A DNA stretch of 64,000 bases, from positions 21,407,317 to 21,471,316 of the forward strand of contig NC_092671.1 in NCBI RefSeq assembly GCF_964355755.1, written 5' to 3'. Shown in pieces: positions 1 through 9,593 of this stretch (positions are counted from its first letter, which is position 1; every line of letters begins with the position of its first letter). This DNA is from Antedon mediterranea (Eukaryota; Animalia; Echinodermata). The notes below the pieces were generated by a model. It searched no databases. It saw only the letters and a list, made by a program, of their open reading frames with translations, and had not been told where the DNA came from. The position numbers and the translations under genes were made by a program.

Positions 1-88
1 AAAGTGCTTAGAATAGCTTCAAATCGCATTTGGAGACGTTTTAGACCAATTTGTGATTTTCGAAAAAACTTGGTTACACAAAAACATC

Positions 89-165
89 AAAGTGGATAAA
101 ATCACATTATAAACCGTTTTAGACCATTTTGAGCATTTCGATAACACATATCACACAAAAACATC
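89..165 (+). repeat. Example of satellite monomer variant B (76-77 bp; ...AAATCACATTATAAACCGTTTTAGACCATTTTGAGCAT...)
   Basis: Aligns to monomer A but lacks the 10-mer GAATAGCTTC plus about one further base. It recurs every few monomers throughout the window. Confidence 0.95.
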
Positions 166-252
166 AAAGAGCACAACATAGCTTAATATCGTATTTAAAA
201 ACGTTTTAAACCATTTTGAGCATTTCGACAAAACTTTTTCACACAAAACACC
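166..252 (+). repeat. Example of satellite monomer variant C (86-87 bp; AAAGAGCACAA.ATAGCTTAATATCGTATTTAAAAACG...)
   Basis: Diverged but colinear with A. It follows a B monomer wherever I checked. Confidence 0.95.
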
Positions 253-1084
253 AAAGTGTACAGAATAGCTTCAAATCGCATTTGGAGACGTTTTAGACCA
301 TTTTGTGATTTTCGAAAAAACTTGTTAATATAAAAACACCAAAGTACTTAGAATAGCTTCAAATCGCATTTGGAGACGTTGTAGACCATTTTGTGATTTT
401 CGAAAAAACTTGTTAACATAAAAACACCAAAGTTTACAGAATAGCTTCAAATCGCATTTGGAGACGTTTTAGACAATTTTGTGCATTTCGATGAAACTTG
501 GTTACACAAAAACATCAAAGTGCTTAAAATCACATTATAAACCGTTTTAGACCATTTGAGCATTTCCATAACACTTTTCACACAAAAACATCAAAGGGCA
601 CAATATAGCTTAATATCCTATTTAAAAACGTTTTAGACCATTTTGAGCATTTCGACAAAACTTTTTCACACAAAACACCAAAGTGCTTAGAATACCTTCA
701 AATCGCATTTGGAGACGTTTTAGACCATTTTGTGATTTTCGAAAAACTTAACATAAAAACATCAAAGTTTACAGAATAGCTTCAAATCGCATTTGGAGAC
801 GTTTTAAACCATTTTGTGATTTTCGAAAAAACTTGTTAACATAAAAACACCAAAATGTTTAGAATAGCTTCAAATCGCATTTGGAGACGTTTTAGACCAT
901 TTTGTGATTTTCGAAAAAACTTGTTAACACAAAAACACCAAAGTGATTAGAATAGCTTCAAATCGCATTTGGAGACGTTTTAGACCATTTTGTGATTTTC
1001 GAAAAAACTTGTTAACATAAAAACACCAAAGTGATTAGAATAGCTTCAAATCGCATTTGGAGACGTTTTAGACCATTTTGTGCA

Positions 1085-1585
1085 TTTCGATGAAACTTGG
1101 TTACGCAAAAACATCAAAGTGCTTAAAATCACATTATAAACCGTTTTAGACCATTTTGAGCATATCGATAACACTTTTTACACAAAACGCTAAAGTGCTT
1201 AGAATAGCTTCAAATCGCATTTGGAGACGTTTTAGACCATTTTGTGATTTTCGACAAAACTTTTTCACACAAAACACCAAAGTGCTTAGAATACCTTCAA
1301 ATCGCATTTGGAGACGTTTTAGACCATTTTGTGCATTTCGATGAAACTTGGTTACGCAAAAACATCAAAGTGCTTAAAATCACATTATAAACCGTTTTAG
1401 ACCATTTTGAGCATATCGATAACACTTTTTACACAAAACGCTAAAGTGCTTAGAATAGCTTCAAATCGCATTTGGAGACGTTTTAGACCATTTTGTGATT
1501 TTCGACAAAACTTTTTCACACAAAACACCAAAGTGCTTAGAATACCTTCAAATCGCATTTGGAGACGTTTTAGACCATTTTGTGA
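1085..1585 (+). repeat. 251-bp (3-monomer) tandem duplication, also at ~19980-20480 and ~51365-51865
   Basis: ORFs 1156 and 1407 are 251 apart, and both copies carry the rare variant AAAACGCTAAAG. Confidence 0.88.
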
Positions 1586-4500
1586 TTTTCGAAAAAACTT
1601 GTTAACATAAAAACATCAAAGTGTACAGAATAGCTTCAAATCGCATTTGGAGACGTTTTAGACCATTTTGTGATTTTCGAAAAAACTTGTTAACATAAAA
1701 ACACCAAAGTGCTTAGAATAGCTTCAAATCGCATTAGGAGACGTTTTAGACCATTTTGTGATTTTCGAAAAAACTTGTTAACATAAAAACACCAAAGTGC
1801 TTAGAATAGCTTCAAATCGCATTTGGAGACGTTTTAGACCATTTTGTGATTTTCGAAAAAACTTGTTAACATAAAAACACCAAAGTTCTTAAAATAGCTT
1901 CAAATCGCATTTGGAGACGTTTTAGACCATTTTGTGATTTTCGAAAAAACTTGTTAACATAAAAACACCAAAGTGTTTAGAAAAGCTTCAAATCGCATTT
2001 GGAGACGTTTTAGACCATTTTGGGATTTTTGAAAAAACTTGTTAACATAAAAACACCAAAGTGCTTAGAATAGCTTCAAATCGCATTTGGAGACGTTTTA
2101 GACCATTTTGTAATTTTCAAAAAAACTTGTTAACATAAAAACACCAAAGTTCTTAGAATAGCTTCAAATCGCATTTGGAGACGTTTTAGACCATTTTGTG
2201 CATTTCGATGAAACTTGGTTACACAAAAACATCAAAGTGCTTAAAATCACGTTATAAACCGTTTTAGACCATTTGAGCATTTCGATAACACTTTTCACAC
2301 AAAAACATCAAAGGGCACAATATAGCTTAATATCCTATTTAAAAACGTTTTAGACCATTTTGAGCATTTCGACAAAACTTTTTCACACAAAACACCAAAG
2401 TGCTTAGAATACCTTCAAATCGCATTTGGAGACGTTTTAGACAATTTTGTGATTTTCGAAAAAACTTAACATAAAAACATCAAAGTTTACAGAATAGCTT
2501 CAAATCGCATTTGGAGACGTTTTAGACCATTTTGTGATTTTCGAAAAAACTTGTTAACATAAAAACACCAAAGTGCTTAGAATAGCTTCAAATCGCATTT
2601 GGAGACGTTTTAAACCATTTTGTGATTTTCGAAAAAACTTGTTAACATAAAAACACCAAAATGTTTAGAATAGCTTCAAATCGCATTTGGAGACGTTTTA
2701 GACCATTTTGTGATTTTCGAAAAAACTTGTTAACACAAAAACACCAAAGTGATTAGAATAGCTTCAAATCGCATTTGGAGACGTTTTAGACCATTTTGTG
2801 ATTTTCGAAAAAACTTGTTAACATAAAAACACCAAAGTGATTAGAATAGCTTCAAATCGCATTTGGAGACGTTTTAGACCATTTTGTGCATTTCGAGGAA
2901 ACTTGGTTACGCAAAAACATCAAAGTGCTTAAAATCACATTATAAACCGTTTTAGACCATTTTGAGCATATCGATAACACTTTTTACACAAAACACCAAA
3001 GTGCTTAGAATAGCTTCAAATCGAATTTGGAGACGTTTTAGACCATTTTGTGATTTTCGACAAAACTTTTTCACACAAAACACCAAAATGCTTAGAATAC
3101 CTTCAAATCGCATTTGGAGAGGTTTTAGACCATTTTGTGATTTTCGAAAAAACTTGTTAACATAAAAACATCAAAGTGTACAGAATAGCTTCAAATCGCA
3201 TTTGGAGACGTTTTAGACCATTTTGTGATTTTCGAAAAAACTTGTTAACATAAAAACACCAAAGTGCTTAGAATAGCTTCAAATCGCATTAGGAGACGTT
3301 TTAGACCATTTTGTGATTTTCGAAAAACTTGTTAACATAAAAACACCAAAGTGCTTAGAATAGCTTCAAATCGCATTTGGAGACGTTTTAGACCATTTTG
3401 TGATTTTCGAAAAAACTTGTTAACATAAAAACACCAAAATGTTTAGAATAGCTTCAAATCGCATTTGGAGACGTTTTAGACCATTTTGTGATTTTCGAAA
3501 AAACTTGTTAACACAAAAACACCAAAGTGATTAGAATAGCTTCAAATCGCATTTGGAGACGTTTTAGACCATTTTGTGCATTTCGATGAAACTTGGTTAC
3601 GCAAAAACATCAAAGTGCTTAAAATCACATTATAAACCGTTTTAGACCATTTTGAGCATATCGATAACACTTTTCACACAAAAACATCAAAGAGCACAAT
3701 ATAGCTTAATATCGTATTTAAAAACGTTTTAGACCATTTTGAGCATTTCGACAAAACTTTTTCACACAAAACACCAAAGTGCTTAGAATAGCTTCAAATC
3801 GCATTTGGAGACGTTTTAGACCATTTTGTGATTTTCGAAAAAACTTGTTAACATAAAAACATCAAAGGGCTAAGAATAGCTTCAAATCGCATTTGGAGAC
3901 ATTTTAGACCAATTAGTGATTTTCGAAAAAACTTGGTTACACAAAAACATCAAAGTGGTTAAAATCACATTATAAACCGTTTTAGACCATTTTGAGCATT
4001 TCGATAACACTTTTTACACAAAAACATCAAAGTGCTTAGAATAGCTTCAAATCGCATTTGGAGACGTTTTAGACCATTTTGTGATTTTTGAAAAAAACTT
4101 TTTAACATAAAAACACCAAACTGCTAAGAATAGCTTCAAATCGCATATGGAGACAATTTAGACCATTTTGTGATTTTCGAAAAAACTTGTTAACATAAAA
4201 ACACCAAAGTGCTTAGAATACCTTCAAATCGCATTTGGAGACGTTTTAGACCATTTTGTGATTTTCCAAAAAACTTGTTAACATAAAAACATCAAAGTGT
4301 ACAGAATAGCTTCAAATCGCATTTGGAGACGTTTTAGACCATTTTGTGATTTTCGAAAAAACTTGTTAACATAAAAACACCAAAGTGCTTAGAATAGCTT
4401 CAAATCGCATTAGGAGACGTTTTAGACCATTTTGTGATTTTCGAAAAAACTTGTTAACATAAAAACACCAAAGTGCTTAGAATAGCTTCAAATCGCATTT

Positions 4501-7500
4501 GGAGACGTTTTAGACCATTTTGTGATTTTCGAAAAAACTTGTTAACATAAAAACACCAAAATGTTTAGAATAGCTTCAAATCACATTTGGAGACGTTTTA
4601 GACCATTTTGTGATTTTCGAAAAAACTTGTTAACACAAAAACACCAAAGTGATTAGAATAGCTTCAAATCGCATTTGGAGACGTTTTAGACCAATTTGTG
4701 CATTTCGATGAAACTTGGTTACGCAAAAACATCAAAGTGCTTAAAATCACATTATAAACCGTTTTAGACCATTTTGAGCATATCGATAACACTTTTCACA
4801 CAAAAACATCAAAGAGCACAATATAGCTTAATATCTTATTTAAAAACGTTTTAGACCATTTTGAGCATTTCGACAAAACTTTTTCACACAAAACACCAAA
4901 GTGCTTAGAATAGCTTCAAATCGCATTTGGAGACGTTTTAGACCATTTTGTGATTTTCGAAAAAACTTGTTAACATAAAAACATCAAAGTGCTAAGAATA
5001 GCTTCAAATCGCATTTGGAGACATTTTAGACCAATTAGTGATTTTCGAAAAAACTTGGTTACATAAAAACATCAAAGTGGTTAAAATCACATTATAAACC
5101 GTTTTAGACCATTTTGAGCATTTCGATAACACTTTTCACACAAAAACATCAAAGTGCTTAGAATAGCTTCAAATCGCATTTGGAGACGTTTTAGACCATT
5201 TTGTGATTTTCGAAAAAAACTTTTTAACATAAAAACACCAAACTTCTAAGAATAGCTTCAAATCGCATATGGAGACAATTTAGACCATTTTGTGATTTTC
5301 GAAAAAACTTGTTAACATAAAAACACCAAAGTGCTAAGAATAGCTTCAAATCGCATATGGAGACAATTTAGACCATTTTGTGATTTTCGAAAAAACTTGT
5401 TAACATAAAAACACCAAAGTGCTTAGAATACCTTCAAATCGCATTTGGAGACGTTTAAGACCATTTTGTGATTTTCGAAAAAACTTGTTAACATAAAAAC
5501 ACCAAAGTGCTTAGAATAGCTTCAAATCGCATTTGGAGACGTTTTAGACCAATTTGTGATTTTCGAAAAAACTTGGTTACACAAAAACATCAAAGTGGAT
5601 AAAAGCACATTATAAACCGTTTTAGACCATTTTGAGCATTTCGATAACACATTTCACACAAAAACATCAAAGAGCACAAAATAGCTTAATATCGTATTTA
5701 AAAACGTTTTAAACCATTTTGAGCATTTCGACAAAACTTTTTCACACAAAACACCAAAGTGTTTAGAAAAGCTTCAAATCGCATTTGGAGACGTTTTAGA
5801 CCATTTTGGGATTTTCGAAAAAACTTGTTAACATAAAAACACCAAAGTGCTTAGAATAGCTTCAAATCGCATTTGAAGACGTTTTAGACCATTTTGTAAT
5901 TTTCGAAAAAACTTGTTAACATAAAAACACCAAAATGTTTAGAATAGCTTCAAATCGCATTTGGAGACGTTTTAGACCATTTTGTGATTTTCGAAAAAAC
6001 TTGTTAACACAAAAACACCAAAGTGATTAGAATAGCTTCAAATCGCATTTGGAGACGTTTTAGACCATTTTGTGATTTTCGAAAAAACTTGTTAACATAA
6101 AAACACCAAAGTGATTAGAATAGCTTCAAATCGCATTTGGAGACGTTTTAGACCATTTTGTGCATTTCGATGAAACTTGGTTACGCAAAAACATCAAAGT
6201 AATAATCACATTATAAACAGTTTTAGACCATTTTGAGCATATCGATAAAACTTTTTACACAAAACACCAAAGTGCTTAGAATAGCTTCAAATCGCATTTG
6301 GAGACGTTTTAGACCATTTTGTGATTTTCGACAAAACTTTTTCACACAAAACACCAAAGTGCTTAGAATACCTTCAAATCGCATTTGGAGACGTTTTAGA
6401 CCATTTTGTGATTTTCGAAAAAACTTGTTAACATAAAAACATCAAAGTGTACAGATTAGCTTCAAATCGCATTTGGAGACGTTTTAGACCATTTTGTGAT
6501 TTTCGAAAAAACTTGTTAACATAAAAACACCAAAGTGCTTAGAATAGCTTCAAATCGCATTAGGAGACGTTTTAGACCATTTTGTTATTTTCGAAAAAAC
6601 TTGTTAACATAAAAACACCAAAATGTTTAGAATAGCTTCAAATCGCATTTGGAGACGTTTTAGACCATTTTGTGATTTTCGAAAAAACTTGTTAACATAA
6701 AAACACCAAAGTGCTTAGAATACCTTCAAATCGCATTTGGAGACGTTTTAGACCATTTTGTGATTTTCCAAAAAACTTGTTAACATAAAAACATCAAAGT
6801 GTACAGAATAGCTTCAAATCGCATTTGGAGACGTTTTAGACCATTTTGTGATTTTCGAAAAAACTTGTTAACATAAAAACACCAAAGTGCTTAGAATAGC
6901 TTCAAATCGCATTAGGAGACGTTTTAGACCATTTTGTGATTTTCGAAAAAACTTGTTAACATAAAAACACCAAAGTGCTTAGAATAGCTTCAAATCGCAT
7001 TTGGAGACGTTTTAGACCATTTTGTGATTTTCGAAAAAACTTGTTAACATAAAAACACCAAAATGTTTAGAATAGCTTCAAATCACATTTGGAGACGTTT
7101 TAGACCATTTTGTGATTTTCGAAAAAACTTGTTAACACAAAAACACCAAAGTGATTAGAATAGCTTCAAATCGCATTTGGAGACGTTTTAGACCAATTTG
7201 TGCATTTCGATGAAACTTGGTTACGCAAAAACATCAAAGTGCTTAAAATCACATTATAAACCGTTTTAGACCATTTTGAGCATATCGATAACACTTTTCA
7301 CACAAAAACATCAAAGAGCACAATATAGCTTAATATCTTATTTAAAAACGTTTTAGACCATTTTGAGCATTTCGACAAAACTTTTTCACACAAAACACCA
7401 AAGTGCTTAGAATAGCTTCAAATCGCATTTGGAGACGTTTTAGACCATTTTGTGATTTTCGAAAAAACTTTTTAACATAAAAACACCAAACTGCTAAGAA

Positions 7501-9240
7501 TAGCTTCAAATCGCATATGGAGACAATTTAGACCATTTTGTGATTTTCGAAAAAACTTGTTAACATAAAAACACCAAAGTGCTTAGAATACCTTCAAATC
7601 GCATTTGGAGACATTTTAGACCATTTTGTGATTTTCGAAAAAACTTGTTAACATAAAAACATCAAAGTGCTAAGAATAGCTTCCAATCGCATTTGTAGAC
7701 GTTTTAGACCATTTTGTGATTTTCGAAAACAACTTGTTAACATAAAAACACCAAAGTGCTTAGAATAGCTTCAAATCGCATTTGGAGACGTTTTAGACCA
7801 TTTTGTGATTTTCGAAAAAACTTGTTAACATAAAAACATCAAAGTGCTAAGAATAGCTTCAAATCGAATTTGGAGACATTTTAGACCAATTAGTGATTTT
7901 CGAAAAAACTTGGTTACACAAAAACATCAAAGTGGTTAAAATCACATTATAAACCGTTTTAGACCATTTTGAGCATTTCGATAACACTTTTCACACAAAA
8001 ACATCAAAGTGCTTAGAATAGCTTCAAATCGCATTTGGAGACGTTTTAGACCATTTTGTGATTTTCGAAAAAAACTTTTTAACATAAAAACACCAAACTG
8101 CTAAGAATAGCTTCAAATCGCATATGGAGACAATTTAGACCATTTTGTGATTTTCGAAAAAACTTGTTAACATAAAAACACCAAAGTGCTTAGAATACCT
8201 TCAAATCGCATTTGGAGACATTTTAGACCATTTTGTGATTTTCGAAAAAACTTGTTAACATAAAAACATCAAAGTGCTAAGAATAGCTTCCAATCGCATT
8301 TGGAGACGTTTTAGACCATTTTGTGATTTTCGAAAAAACTTGTTAACATAAAAACACCAAAGTGATTAGAATAGCTTCAAATCGCATTTGGAGACGTTTT
8401 AGACCATTTTGTGCATTTCGATGAAACTTGGTTACGCAAAAACATCAAAGTGCTTAAAATCACATTATAAACCGTTTTAGACCATTTTGAGCATATCGAT
8501 AACACTTTTTACACAAAACACCAAAGTGCTTAGAATAGCTTCAAATCGCATTTGGAGACGTTTTAGACCATTTTGTGATTTTCGACAAAACTTTTTCACA
8601 CAAAACACCAAAGTGCTTAGAATACCTTCAAATCGCATTTGGAGACGTTTTAGACCATTTTGTGATTTTCGAAAAAACTTGTTAACATAAAAACATCAAA
8701 GTGTACAGAATAGCTTCAAATCGCATTTGGAGACGTTTTAGACCATTTTGTGATTTTCGAAAAAACTTGTTAACATAAAAACACCAAAGTGCTTAGAATA
8801 GCTTCAAATCGCATTTGGAGACGTTTTAGACCATTTTGTGATTTTCGAAAAAACTTGTTAACATAAAAACACCAAAGTGCTTAGAATAGCTTCAAATCGC
8901 ATTAGGAGACGTTTTAGACCATTTTGTGATTTTCGAAAAAACTTGTTAACATAAAAACACCAAAGTGCTTAGAATAGCTTCAAATCGCATTTGGAGACGT
9001 TTTAGACCATTTTGTGATTTTCGAAAAAACTTGTTAACATAAAAAAAACAAAGTTCTTAAAATAGCTTCAAATCGCATTTGGAGACGTTTTAGACCATTT
9101 TGTGATTTTCGAAAAAACCTGTTAACATAAAAACACCAAAGTGTTTAGAAAAGCTTCAAATCGCATTTGGAGACGTTTTAGACCATTTTGGGATTTTCGA
9201 AAAAACTTGTTAACATAAAAACACCAAAGTGCTTAGAATA

Positions 9241-9317
9241 TGGCCGAGCGGTTAAGGCAGGGGCGCCGTTTATCGTACCTAAAGAGCCAACAACAACATC
9301 GGCAAGGGTTCGAGGCC
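9241..9317 (+). promoter_or_regulatory. RNA polymerase III type-2 internal promoter (A box + B box) of SINE copy 1
   Basis: TGGCCGAGCGG fits TRGCNNARYGG and GGTTCGAGGCC fits GGTTCGANNCC, with 55 nt between the boxes. Activity untested. Confidence 0.75.
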
Positions 9318-9593
9318 GACTCGCTCCTAGTTCTGGTGGTGGAACAAGTCTTCTCGGATAAGGACTATAAACCGTAGGTCCAGTGTACACAGTTATAACA
9401 TGTGTGTACTTTAAAGAACCCAGTTCATTATTCGAAAAAGAGTAGGGGGTTATCCCGGTGAACTGGTTCACACAATAGCCTCTGTATCAGGGGGATTACC
9501 ACCTATCTGATAGGACAGTGATTAATTCACTATTGGTAATCCTTGGCCACAGTGCCTAAAGACATAAAATAAAATAAAAATAAATAAATAAAT
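9241..9593 (+). mobile_element. tRNA-derived SINE (SINE2 type) with Deu/Nin-like central domain, copy 1; missing the first ~7 nt of the tRNA head
   Basis: A box TGGCCGAGCGG 9241-9251 and B box GGTTCGAGGCC 9307-9317. Central motif CTTCTCGGATAAGGACTATAAACCGTAGGTCC...TTAAAGAACCC...TATTCGAAAAAGAGTAGGGG...CCCGGTG resembles the Deu/Nin SINE domain as I recall it. A-rich (AAAT)n tail ~9564-9593. Splits a monomer at GCTTAGAATA|GCTTC with AATA on both sides (9237-9240, 9594-9597). Confidence 0.9.

Noticed and set aside
57-74. CENP-B box
   Set aside because: TTCG....A matches, but the required CGGG is replaced by TTGT/TTGG.
9241-9328. Functional tRNA gene
   Set aside because: The 5' acceptor strand is absent, the T-stem is mostly unpaired and there is no canonical anticodon arm. 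It continues into a SINE body and tail.
9365-9439. Short matches between SINE and satellite (TATAAACCGT with monomer B; TTCGAAAAA with monomer A) suggesting common origin
   Set aside because: The matches are only 9-10 bp, AT-rich and do not extend, so they are plausible by chance.
9178-9471. 97-aa minus-strand ORF (also 27895-28188 and 59283-59576)
   Set aside because: It starts at GTG, runs antisense through the SINE into satellite, and has no recognisable domain. The plus-strand non-coding features explain the sequence.
9493-9542. Hammerhead ribozyme in the three-way junction
   Set aside because: CTGATAG does not match CUGANGA and lies within a hairpin. There is no GAAA core or correctly placed NUH site.
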